From Lama glama (lineage: Eukaryota), in contig CM052818.1 in NCBI GenBank assembly GCA_028534125.1, forward strand, positions 4,156,001 to 4,220,000: a stretch of DNA of 64,000 bases, given 5' to 3'. Position numbers and translations under genes: made by a program. How positions within the stretch are numbered: the first letter of the stretch is position 1; each line of letters opens with the position of its first letter. This document shows positions 52,249 through 64,000 of this stretch, piece after piece. Below the pieces are notes generated by a model that had not been told where the DNA came from, did no database searches, and was given only the letters and a program-made list of their open reading frames with translations.

Positions 52249-53589
52249 TAGAGGATCTTGGCCACTCGGTAGAGCAGGGAGGGGCGTGGACAATGGCGGG
52301 AGCGCACGGAGAGAGACATCTAGAAATGGAAGGCCACTGGATGGTGACACGGTGTCTCCGAAGGACCCACAGAAGTGCTAGCTGGGGATACTGCAGGAGA
52401 TTTTCCTGCTGGTCGGTGAACCTCTTGTGACTATTTGAATGGCAGGAGTGTCCCGAGGGCTATCATTTGCTCGGGCACTAATTAGCTGCTGGGAAGTCAA
52501 TGGCACTGGGGACTGGGGTGATGTATTTGGTAGAAGAGTCTATGAAATGGGCATTTCTGGGTGGATAAGATGATAAGAGTTGTGTGCAAACCACAGTGGT
52601 GACACAAGACAATGTATCCATCAGCGTGCAGTGTGCAAAGTAGGAACAGCTGTATTAGGATTTAGGTGCTTACATAATATTTGGAGGAACTGGCTCCAGG
52701 CCCCGGAGCAAACCAGACCTGATTCCCTCAGAGACTTACCATCTCTGGGGAAATTCCACATGTAAGGTCCCTCCCCCTGCCTTTGTGCCCAAGACGCTGG
52801 AGAGCGGGCCCTGGAGATCTGCCCACAAGCCTCATGTGATCCTATCTTGGTTGCCAGTAACAGCCGGGAGGGAGCCACAGAGAGATGCCCTCGCTTCACT
52901 TCCATCTTCCAGATCTCCGAGTGAATCCATCAGGCAGAATGTAATCGATTTGTAGAATCCTGGCTACAAGGGAGCCTGAGAAATCTTGGCTTGGGCTTTT
53001 AATCCCTCCAAAGAGAGGGAAGGCTGAATAACGTTTCAGTGCAACAGTCCGCAGTAGCCATCACAGCCTGTTTTGTTATCAGGAATTGCCTGACAGCGTA
53101 ATTACTTTCCGAAGTTGTGGCTGATAAGCTCAGTCTGGCTGCTGGTTGGTGGCCGGTGAAAGGCAGCTTGAGGGGCTTTGCAGAGCATCCTCCCCCACAG
53201 CCTCCACTCACCTCACATTCCCCAGGTTCCCTCCTGCTCCTCCCTCCACCTGCCTTTATGGGGTGGCTCCCACCCTCTGTCCTCCTTTCTCCTCTCCCCT
53301 GCTCTCTCTCATCCCTCATCTCAGCTGCCTACCTGTACTCACTGACCATGTGACAACACGGATGTGCAACCTTCATGTTTCCATTTCCTGAGAAAAACCG
53401 CTTTGCACCTGAGTTAGGAGCTCCCCGGATGCTGAAGAAGGGACTGGTGTCCAGTTAAAGAGAGGAGGTGAAGGGAGTGGGGCTGGTGAACACGGCTCCC
53501 CAGTCCCTGAGTCTGACGTGGAGGAATTAATTCCTTGGCCACAGCTTAGTCTCAGTCATCAGGAAGACCCTGGGAATTAAGAGGTGCAA

Positions 53590-53760
53590 ACGGCTAGGTA
53601 TAAAATAAGTTACAAGGAAATATTGTACAACATGGGAAATGTAGCCAGTGCTTCATAGTCACTGTAAATGGAGTATAAACTTTTAAAATTGTGAATCTCT
53701 ATACTGTACACCGGCAATTTATGTCATATTGTACATCAACTATAATTCCGTTTTTTTAAA
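53590..53760 (+). mobile_element. Short L1 3' end
   Basis: ggtataaaataagttacaagg...tgtacatcaactata, homologous to the end of the 19.3-19.9 kb L1. Confidence 0.75.
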
Positions 53761-54074
53761 GACTCTGATTATAGGAGCAAGAAATCCTCCTTATCACCCT
53801 ATTCAGCAGCCTCAGCCCTGTGACTTAAATCCTGACCTTTCCCCGAGAACAGCTAACCCTCGGTCACCTACATGCTGTCCCAAATTAGTTTCAGAAACCA
53901 GAAGTCCTACTTCCTGCTCCAAAAGAAAGTCAGCAGTGTCTCTCTGGATCAACCATGGCTCCACACCAGGAAGGCCAGCAGAGAAAAACAAGCATTGGTT
54001 TTATTTTAACTTACTAATTTCCCTGCGGTGGAGGAAAGTTAGCGGAGGCCACAGGGCCACCCCCAGCTAGTCCA

Positions 54075-54640
54075 CAAAAATCTTCTTGATCACCAACTGT
54101 ATGCCAGCCCCTGTTCTTGGCAGCACTGACCTTAAACTGAAGGAAACAGACAAGCCCTGCCTTCAAGGAGCTTCCGGTCTGGGGTGGGGGTGGGGGTTGT
54201 AGGCCACAGACATGCAAGAAAATAAAATAAGGTCATGGGATAAAAGAAGACTGGGGTAGTGGGGGCTATTCTAGATACTGTGGTCAGGGAAGACCTCTCT
54301 GAAGAGCTAATATCCGAACTGAAGCTGAATGGAGTGGTGAGACCTGGGGAAGGATGCGTCAGGGAGGTAGCTGCAGCCGGGCCCCGAGGCAGCCTTGAGC
54401 ACCAAGTGTTTACGGAACCAGGCAGTGGGCGTGGCTGAGGGGTGGTGTGAGAGGAGCGGGACCCGCAGACGGGCTGGGGACAGGGGCTGGGGTCAGACCC
54501 CACAAGCAGGGATCGCTAGCCTGGGAATCTCATTCTATACGCACCGAAGGTTTTAAAAAAGACATGACATAACTTGATTTCTGCTTTTAAAAGATATCGA
54601 ATCTGACCATGGTGCAGAGCATACATGGTACAGGGCAAGC
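54075..54640 (-). mobile_element. L2 fragment
   Basis: tatgccagcccctgttcttggc...gtggtcagggaagacctctctgaagag. Confidence 0.6.
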
Positions 54641-54696
54641 GTGGAGGCGGGAAGACTAGGTCTGCAAACAGTGGCAGAAGACTAGGCAAGGAATGA

Positions 54697-54836
54697 TGGG
54701 GGGAGGGTATAGCTCAAGTAGCAGAGCACATACTTACTATGCACAGGGTCCTGGGTTCAATCCCCAGCACCTCCTCTAAAAATAAATAAATAAACCTAAT
54801 TACCCCCCCAAAGAAAATTTTTTTTAAAAAAGAAAT
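54697..54836 (+). mobile_element. tRNA-derived camelid SINE
   Basis: GGGGAGGGTATAGCTCAAGTAGCAGAGC...CCTGGGTTCAATCCCCAGCACCTCC with an A-rich tail; short aatgatgg flanks. Confidence 0.85.
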
Positions 54837-54944
54837 AAATGATGGTGTTCACAACCTATTGTCAGGCACTATGCTGAGTGACTTGTACACACGGTATTTG
54901 AGTCTTATAACAACTCTATAAAGTGAGCAGGATTAATGCTCCCA

Positions 54945-55467
54945 TTTTTTTTAACTGAAGTATAGTTGATTTACAATGTTGTATTAGTTTCTGGTGTACT
55001 GAATAATGATTCAGTTATATACATATATGTGTGTGTGTGTATATATATATATTCTTTTTCATATTCTTTTCCATTATAAATTATTACAAGATATTGAATG
55101 TAGTTCCCTGTTCTATGTATTAGGACATTATTGTTTATCTATTTTATATACAGTAGTTTTTATCTGCTAATGCCAACTCCTAATTTATCCCTCCTCCTGC
55201 TTCCCCTTTGGTAACCAGAATTTGCTTTCTATGCCTGTGAGTCTCCTGTTTTGTAAATAAGTTCATTTGTGTCATTTTTTTAAGATTCCACATAAGTGAT
55301 ATCATATATTTGTCTTTCTTTCTGACTTACTTCACTTAGTATGATCATCTCTAGGGCCCATCCATATTGCTGCAAATGCCATTATTTCATTCTTTTTATG
55401 GCTGAGTAATATTCCATTGTATATTGTATATACCACGTCTTCCTTATCCACTCATCTGTTGATGCAC
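54945..55467 (-). mobile_element. 5'-truncated L1 inserted into a MIR
   Basis: L1 3'UTR on minus; TSD-like atgctcccattttt (54936) and atgccctcattttt (55468); MIR halves on either side. Confidence 0.85.
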
Positions 55468-56419
55468 ATGCCCTCATTTTTCAGATGAGAAAACGGAGGC
55501 ACAGAGAGGTAAAAGGTATTGCCCAAAGTCACAGAGTCACCTTTGATAAAAGGCTGAGCTGGAAATCAAACCCAAGCTTATCTGACTTCAGGAACTATGT
55601 TCTTAAAGACTCCACCACCACCTGCCCCTCTCCCCTACACTCAAGCTTGTTTTCTTAGTTAAATGGAGACAGTTTGTGTGTGTTTTTTCTCTCAAGAAAC
55701 ACTTTTTATCTGGAACCTCGCTTTGTATCTGTAGACACAGAGGTGACTAAATCATCAGTCGCTTTCATTGTAATGCTGGGCATTTTAGGCCACAGAAGGA
55801 TGAGATATGGGGATAACTTTGTGCTGATCGGAGTCTGGTTAAATCCAAAGCTTTCTGGAGAGCAACAACGGAAACGCCCAAGCTTATTGGTAGAAATTTA
55901 ACTGCATTGTCTTCGAGCGCCCTCTATTGGCATTTAATCAGAATAGCAACCTGGGGTTGGAAGTATTTTGGCAAAGGGCAGGGGTGCGTTTAACGAGTAA
56001 GAACTTGTTCCTTGTAGATATTTAGGGGCTATGGTTCAAGGAAACTTTAGTTACAGAACAAACCCTACATCAGCTCTTTTAAATGTCACAATCGCAGATA
56101 TGTCACTTATGACCTTCTCTTTAGTGGGAGAACACTGCTTCCCCCTGAGTGTCATGAGATGGTGAGCTACTTGAAGTCAAGATCTTACTATTTTTATTTT
56201 CCTACTTCCTGAGCCTAGTACAGTGCTCAGCACACAGTAGGTGTCTGATAAATATGTGTCAATTAGAATAGAAGGAAAATGAGCAAAGTGGTACAATCTC
56301 ACAGAAGACGGAAAGATTCATCCTATTTAGGTAATCCAAGAAGGCTTCCAGGAGGAAATAGGGGGTGGCCATGGTGATGGGGAGGAGGGGTGGAGTTGAA
56401 AAAAATCCGAAAAGTAGAG

Positions 56420-56960
56420 TGACAAACAAACCAAAACACCAATGGGTCAACAGTGAAATCAAAGAAGAAATTTTAAAATACCTTGAGACAAATGACAATG
56501 AAAACACAACCACGTAAAATCTATGGGATTCAGCAAAAGCAGTCCTAAGAGGGAAGTTCATAACAGTACAGGCCTTCCTCAAAAAAAACCAGAAAAATCT
56601 CAAATAAAAACCCTAACCTACCACCTAAAAAATGAGAAAAAGAAGAACAAATAAAACCTAAAATTAGCAGGAGGAAATAAATAATAAAGACCAGAGAGGA
56701 AATAAACAAAGATAGAGATTTAAAAAAATACAACAGAAAAAAATCAATAAAACCAAGAGCTGGTTTTTTTTGAAAGAGTAAAAAAAAAAAAATCAACAAA
56801 CTTCTGGCCAAGCTCACCAAGAAGAAAGAAGAGAGGACCCAAAAAAACCAAAATGAGAAATGAAAGAGGATAAATCACAATCAATGCCACAGAAATACAA
56901 AAAACCATAAGAGAATACTATGAACAATTAGATGTCGTCAAATTGGACAACCTAGAAGGA
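56420..56960 (+). mobile_element. Internal L1 ORF2 fragment (downstream of the endonuclease domain), degenerate
   Basis: Encodes ...QWVNSEIKEEILKYLETNDNENTTT*NLWDSAKAVLRGKFI..., a classic ORF2 stretch with stops and frameshifts. Confidence 0.85.
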
Positions 56961-58619
56961 AGAGAACGGCAAACCTAGGAGCCAGATATAGGTTCCACAA
57001 GAGCAGGGATTTTTGGGTGATTCTGGAAAGAAATATCCTGCCGTGTGACTGACAGATGTGGCTCCCAATACTTCCACAGAAAGTCTGGGCAAGAATTTTA
57101 AATTTTTATAAAACCATTTGGAGGAAGTTAGCTGTATAGCAGATTCAAGCTGGCTGAAGACAGATTTTGGAAGAACTTCTGACCATGAGTACTAAAAAAA
57201 AAGAACAACAACTCAAGATTTAAAGAAGTTTCCCCATAATTTTGTTCTTCCCCTAAATTGTGTGACCTCACCTGGAAATTCAAGTTAGTAGATATACAGA
57301 GCGTCTGCCACAATGATGGCATTCTTTTCCCAAAATACCTTGTTTTCTCAGACACGGAATGCTGGGACCAGGGTGGCTTTCCTGGTTTCCATACTAAGCA
57401 CCTCATATCTCAGGAGCCCCCTGAGTCTGGGGCAAATCCAGACAGCTGGTCACCCTCACTGAGCGGGAGACCTCGGAATGGGTCGAATGGAGAAGACTGA
57501 TGCCTAAGTTGGTCTCAGGACAGAGACCAGATTCGGGGTGACAACTACACTCTTTACCTGTGGTCGTCATAACTCTGGGCTGTAGACACAGGGAGATTCC
57601 TCACCTTCCAGCAAAATGGGTTTCTGGGCGCTAAAGGCCAAGTGCACAGAGGAAAATACAGGACAGTGATGGGGGAAAGGGACTGACAAGAGCCGTTGGA
57701 TTGCAACAGCAGGATGGAGGCCAAGGAAGACTGGCATCTCATTTTGAAGGTCCTGCTGTTTCTTCACAATTATACCTAAAAATGGTGATCTGGAAATGAA
57801 CAGTAGACCAGTTCTTACAGGACTGGAGAAACGGGTCTGCTGCTGCTGTAACTCACATGTAAGTGATCACAGACATTCAGCACCGACCCCAGTGAGGCCC
57901 AAACAAATGACTCACAACTTCACCTCAGAAGCCAGGGATGCCTGAGACAGTGGGATCCGCTGCAGCCCGGGAGGGAGTGGCTCTTCAGTAGTTGGGGAGG
58001 GTCTCCCAGGTGGTGCATGACCCAGAGCCACTCTTTTCCCACCCAGAGTAAGAGAAGGGTGAGGAACAGCCACTACCCCAACAACAAGGAGACAGTGACC
58101 TTTCTACAGCAGGCATCCGCAGGAGACTTACCTGAAGCTTCTCCTCATCCTTAAAGGAATGTCACAACTAGGGCACTTTACTGACGCGGGAAAGAAACAG
58201 CAAAGATAAACAAAATAAAAAAGAAAAGCAAGAAGAAGGGAAAGAGAAAAACGATGAAAACTGGTCTAGCTGTGTAAACATAATAGATGAAATTTATATG
58301 CCTTAAGGAAGGGCTGCAGATGCAAAGACTGAAGGTAAAGGACTCAGAGACAAGGCGTGCCGGGCAACCTCAGAGCAGCAGGGGTGTGGTGGGCCAGGCA
58401 TCGACGCTGGGCAGGAAAGTGCATCAGCACATGTTGTAAAGCCCATTTGTCTAAAGAGAAGACAGAGGAACTAAACTGGACCAAGACAGACTAAACTGGA
58501 CCCTAGCACTGCTGGCTGTGGCTTTGACCAATGGCTTGCCCAGAAGGAGTTGATATTACACCTCCATTGTAGTAAAGCCCTTGGGCAATGGTGATGACAA
58601 GTGACATTTATGAAGCACG

Positions 58620-58820
58620 TGGCAATGCCTGCTATTACGCCAAGGGTTTTACAAAGACCGTCTCCTTTAATCATCAAAATAGCCATATGGGTTAGCACTG
58701 TGATTATGCCCATTTTACAGATAAAGAAACTGAGGATCAAGGTCACATGACTAGCAATTAGTGATGGTGGCATTTAAATTTAGGCAGTGTGACTCCACAG
58801 TAACTTTCTAACTACCATAC
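58620..58820 (-). mobile_element. MIR
   Basis: cccattttacagataaagaaactgagg core. Confidence 0.65.
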
Positions 58821-58947
58821 TGTACATAGTTGGCACCTTTCACTGTGGCTAGTTCAGACTTTCTTAGAAGTTTTTTGGTAAACTTCATAAAATTATTTTA
58901 ACACATTAAAAAAAATTTCTATCAGTATCAGACACTTCACACAGTAC

Positions 58948-58965
58948 CACTTCCTCTTTCACTTT
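58948..58965 (-). promoter_or_regulatory. Candidate IRF8/PU.1 composite (IECS) element
   Basis: Minus strand AAAGTGAAAGAGGAAGTG contains both GAAANNGGAA and a full PU.1 consensus AAAGAGGAAGTG. Confidence 0.55.
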
Positions 58966-61559
58966 GAAACTCCCAAGCCAACAAGGAAGCATACAGATGG
59001 CTTCAAAGCCACAGGCCAGGGTTCTAGCAGTAACGTATCTCCAGCCCCATCTGGAACTAAGATGCGTGTGGACATATTTTGGGGGTGAGTGGGTAGCATA
59101 GGGTGGAAACGAGGAAGCGAAGCATCTGTGACCTGGTCTGTCACAGTCCTGGGTGGACACTTCATCTATCATTTACAGAGAGTAAGTGGTGGTATCAGAG
59201 TTGAAAGACACCTTTTTAAGAAAGATGAAGGTGTGGGTGAGGTGGGTGCCGTTGGTGTGAGAGGCATGACATTGAGAACGCTCCTTGAAAAGGATCTATC
59301 ATATAGATGTAAGAAAATAAACGTATACATGAATGAATGAATGAAATGAAAATGATTGGCCTCTAGGTGTTAAAGATACCATCGTTTTACATAACCAGCA
59401 AAAAAATATGAGTGGTTATAGAATTGTGTTTTCATTTACGAACTAAAAGAATTCTCAGCACCGATGTTCTTGGAACATTGCTTCTAGAAAAATTATAATA
59501 CCCAGTAGTCACTTCTAAGTATGAAATCTACCCACAGGCTACCTGAGGAGTTGTGTACCAATATACTGCATATGTCTTCACTCTCTTCTTAAAAGCTTTA
59601 ATGGGTTTTTCCTACTCAAATAGAAAACTCATTTGCAGCGAACACATAAATTTATAACAAAGACAAAGGAAAACATCAGTGTGCTAATTTAACGGGTGAA
59701 AGTTGTGACTGAGCTTCAGTTTAGCTCTGAGCTTCCTGGAAGCCAAGACAAAAAGAGAAATACAGTAAGTTTCACAACTGTCTTAGCAGAAAGGAGGCAG
59801 CATGCCCGTCCCTCAAAGAAGACAAAGTACGAGCAAATGTTCTCACACAGAGTTACACGTAGGAGTCACCTGCGTTGTTCATCTCTTGTTCTCATTTTCA
59901 CGAAATCGCCAAGAGCAGATTCATGAAATCATTACCTGTGGTGATGATTAAAACTGATGGTGTGGCATTAAAGCACAAGGCCATGAGCCCATCTGTGAGG
60001 GTGCCAAGGTAATGGAGCCCAAATACATCCTCTAGTTTGAGTTGAGGTTAGAAAGGAGAGTATCTATAAAGAAAGGAAACAGGTATTTTCTGAACATGTA
60101 ACGTGCTATGTGCATGAAATATTTTCTTCCTCTCAACATACATACTACTAATTCTGTTTAATAATGAAGTGAATGTTTTTAACCAGGTTTATTGAAAATC
60201 AGCAGAGGGGTTCCAAACCCATGTGCTTTTTCCTGTGCCTCCCAACCTCCTGCCCTCATACACCCCTATCAAGAAGAGCCAATGGGCCTTTCATCCCTTA
60301 GACAAACTTCTGTCAATGCCACTTTTTACAGGCAATTCGAGTTAATTCTCTCCAATGAGGGCCTGGAGTGATGGGGTCGCATATTAGTGATTAAAGAGAA
60401 ATTTCTTTGTTTAAAAACCCAGCAATCCGTTGGTAACTTGACTCATGCAAGTTTAGGAGCCTTCACTGAGCTCACCACAAAGGAAGTCCACAATTTCTAG
60501 AGTTGTAAGCCTCCCTGTTTAAATGGCCTGGGAAGGGATTCTATATACCCTTCTTCCAGTGATTTGTAGACTCAGAGTCTCCCAGGGTACAAGTCCACAC
60601 TTTGACTAAAGCATGATTGAGCTTCAGTTTAGCTCTGAGCTTCCTGGCAGCCAAGACAAAAAGAGAAATACAATAGGTTTCACAGCTTTCCTAATAGAAA
60701 GGAGGCGGCATAGCAGTCGCAGTCCCTCAAAAGAGACAAAGCACGAGCCTTAGCCTGAGCAGGAATCGGGTGGTATTAGGGGGCCCCCAAGTAGAGAAGG
60801 CTCCAGGCAGATGAGAAAGGGCAGAGAACTGAAAAAGATGTGGGTTGGGTCTACAGCGTGTGTATTTGTGCACGCGCACGGGCACACTTGGGTAAGTGGG
60901 CGTGGCAAGAGACAAGTGGGCAGGTGAGCAGGGTCAGATCATCAGGACTCCCAGTTTAATCCTTTCACAAGGAGGGGCTATACAAAATTATAGAGCTTTT
61001 TTCTTCTCCAAAGGAACCGAGACCACGTACAGGAGAATCAGCGTGAGAAGGATGGCAAATCTGGGACGCGCTGAAGAACGTATGCTTCTACATCTTAAAG
61101 AAAAGGAACAGCAGTGATGGGGAGAGAGGTGGCGGGACCAGAATGCTGACTGGGAGGTGCCCTCCTATGGTTCCCACAGCTACTCTCATCACAAGACTTG
61201 TCTTAATGCCCGTAATGGTTTCCTTATCTGTGCCCCGCTAGCCTATGAGCCCTGCGGGAGCAGAGAGCAGGACTGCCTTTATATTTGGCTGCCAGATCTA
61301 TGGGTAATTTTTTTTTTTTTTGTAAAGTGATTTTGATTTTTCAGAACTTTTTCAAAGGAAAAAAAAAAAGCCTTTCAAGGAGAAAAACAGTGATGAGTAA
61401 AGCATAAGACAAGAAATGTAAATTATTGTCTCTCTTTGTAACTTGCACATCTCAGTTCCCATCTGGGGACTGTGCAAAATTTACACACCAGCCCCAGCTG
61501 GAGTCCCTCTGCTTGGCCTGAACCTCACCGTGGCTCTTCCTGTGATGTTTCCCTGAGTC

Positions 61560-62405
61560 TTTTTTTTTTTTAACCATTTAATTTTTTTTTATTGAAGCAT
61601 AGTCAGTTTACAGTGTTGTGTCAATTTCTGATGTACAGCACAGTACTTCAGTCATACATGAACATACATATATTCGTTTTCATATTCTTTTTCATTGTAA
61701 GCTACTACAAGGTATTGAATATAGTTTCCTGTGCTATACAGTATAAACTTGTTTATCTATATATATCAGTCAGTATCTGCAAATCTCAGACTCTCAATTT
61801 GTCCCTTCCTACCCCCTTCCCCTCTGGTAACCATAAGTTTGTTTTCTATGTCTGTGAGTCTGTTTCTGTTTTATATGTAAGTTCACTTGTCATTTTTTTT
61901 TTAGAGTCCACGTATGAGTGATATCATATGGTATTTTTCTTTCTCTTTCTGGCTTATTTCACTTAGAATCACATTCTCCAGAGCCATCCATGTTGCTGCA
62001 AATGGCATTATTTTATTATTTTTTGTGGCTGAGTAGTATTCCATTGTATAAGTATACCACAGCTTCTTTATCCAGTCATCTGTCGATGGACATTTAAATT
62101 GTTTCCATGTCTTGGCTACCGTAAATAGTGCTGCTGTGAACACTGGGGTGCAGGTGTCTCTTTGAATTAAGGATCCCTCTAGATATATGCCCAAGAGTGA
62201 GATGGCTGGATCATATGGTAAGTTTATTTTTAGACTTTTGAGAAAACTCCATACTGTTTTCCACAATGGCTGCACCAAACTGCATTCCCATCAACAGCAT
62301 AGGAGGGTTCCCTTTTCTCCACACCATCTCCAGCATTTATCATTTGTGGACTTTTGAGTGATGGCCATTTTGACTGGTGTGAGGTGATCCCTCACTGTAG
62401 TTTTG
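61560..62405 (-). mobile_element. 5'-truncated L1, sense to ARHGAP25
   Basis: ORF 61901-62278 is the ORF2 C-terminus (...[13 protein letters not shown]...TWKQFKCPSTDDWIKKLW...); poly(T) at 61560. Confidence 0.92.
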
Positions 62406-63707
62406 TGGAAAGATCTACTGTGCAGCCCCAGCTGAGGCCACAGCATTGAACCCAAACGGCACCCTTAAAGACTCAGGGCTCTATCAAAGAAATGCATTTG
62501 CAAACACTCAAGAATTTACATTTCTCTGCACATTAGCTCTTTCCACACTCTCTTCTCTTAGATCCAATCAATCAGCCACAGCTGCCTCATGAGAAGTTAC
62601 ACTTTTTTTTCCTTTCAAGCTGTCTTGTGTGTGATGGGACCATCATCACCAATCTATTCTTCTCAGTCAGTCCCAGGATCATTCCACACACGCCCCTCAG
62701 TGGGCATCCTCTACTCAAAGGACCATGCATCAGCTCTGAAGAGGGCAGGTGGAGTCTCCCTAGGGCTCTCCCATTGGATGCCTCCTGCAGCTGCTTTATA
62801 AACAGCAGTCGGAGACGGCAGCACCCCTGGAAGGTACCTATGGTCATCACCATGCTGGGACCCTGGTGCATCTCACTCTAGACCCATTTTCAGAGACACA
62901 TGCACCAAGAGCCACTGAGCCCACCTCCGCCAATGCAAGTGCACTTGGCTCCCGATCTAACAAAAGTACAGAGCCTTAGTCAACCTTGCCTAGCGTCTGC
63001 AGGGAGAACTTTGTCCATGAGCGAGCAGAAGACAAGATTTTGACTTCCCGTCACCTCTCAGGTTGGTCCTCACCCTGCTCCTGTTTCAGATGATGTCAGT
63101 CCCTGTTCCCACAGGTAGCCAGGGGGCAGCTCAGGGTGTACAAAGGCTTCAGCCACAGCAAATAGCCTTATACCTTTGAGCCAGAACCCAGGCTGGTCCG
63201 GATTAGCACCTTGGAAGTTTGGCAATGAATTGTAAAGAAAGTGTTCACCAGAGCTGAACGGCACAAACACAGATCTGCGTGGTCTGGGAGTCCCCAACTG
63301 GGGAGCCAGCGTTTCCAGGTTCAGAGTCAGCAAGAAATACGCTTCGGCAGGCTGGCCTGGTCATGTGCGGCTGTGTAGCTCTTCCAAGAAAACCCTGCGT
63401 CCCGAATCTAGAGGTCCCAAAAGTCTGCAGATGACTACCCGTGGGTCCCGGCTTGTTCCAGCCTCTGCAGCTGGAAGGAGGGCTTTTGCAAGTTGACTGC
63501 CAGTCACCAAAGAGGACGTGCCGCCTGTGAGACCTGTGCCAGCATGCCTGGCCAAGCACTCTGGAAGTGGTTTTAGCCATGAGTGTCCTTAATAGCATAG
63601 CTAATACCTGTTCACTGTAGCAACTCTGGGAAATACTTATAAAGTAATAATACAAACGTGTGTGGGTGTATCTCACCCATAAATCCTTCTCCCGTTGTTA
63701 ACTACTG

Positions 63708-64000
63708 CATTTGGCCCTTGCATAACACAGGTTTGAACTGCACAGGTCTACTTATTATGTAGGGTTTGGTTTTTTTGAGAAATATAGTACCTGTATTTTC
63801 ATGGTACAGATGTGTAAATTAACTAGGCGTGGGGGAAAGTTTGTGTTCAACTGGGGATTCTTTTGCTATTTCAACATCCTGCCCTTGGGTGAGTCATTTA
63901 ACAATTCCTTTGTTTTGGAGGCGGAGAGAGAGTCATGCTCAGATTTCCAGCTGCACAGACTGGGGAGGGCGGAGGGGCCCTGGCCCCCACGCCGTTCAAG
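63708..64000. mobile_element. Tigger2-like (TcMar) non-autonomous element running off the window end
   Basis: ttggcccttgcataacacaggtttgaactgcacagg at the left; ...cccacgccgttcaag leading into the right TIR. Confidence 0.6.

Noticed and set aside
52731..52745. Isolated strong minus-strand donor ATG|GTAAGT (similar ones near 9390, 34007 and 38736)
   Set aside because: No convincing upstream acceptor or polypyrimidine tract; expected by chance.
29489..64000. Canonical first coding exon of ARHGAP25 (MSLKLPRNWDF-like, recalled)
   Set aside because: Not found by eye on either strand; probably beyond the right edge or in the gap.

Overview
Mammalian genomic DNA, most likely a camelid, judged from several copies of a tRNA-derived Vic-1-type SINE. 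The window holds four internal coding exons of ARHGAP25, the haematopoietic Rac GAP, on the minus strand: 29289-29488, 22019-22106, 17728-17844 and 4601-4808. They splice through GT-AG sites into one open frame covering the PH domain and the start of the RhoGAP domain, with an intact GIFRLPG arginine finger. I found neither the canonical first exon nor the downstream exons. A CpG island with CCAAT and ETS motifs overlaps the 200-nt exon. A 500-N gap at 39196-39695 means the position and orientation of the right-hand ~24 kb depend on scaffolding. The rest is intron filled with L1, L2, MIR, LTR and DNA-transposon relics; repeat family names come from recalled consensus sequences and boundaries are approximate. 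I found no new gene or novel biological system. The best second-look items are small-scale: an L1 whose TSD appears inverted (probable 73-bp micro-inversion), a probable L1 3' transduction, a 49-nt poison-exon candidate, a ~130-bp local duplication, inverted L1 copies around the PH exons, and candidate IRF8/PU.1, NF-kB, CTCF and ER6 elements.
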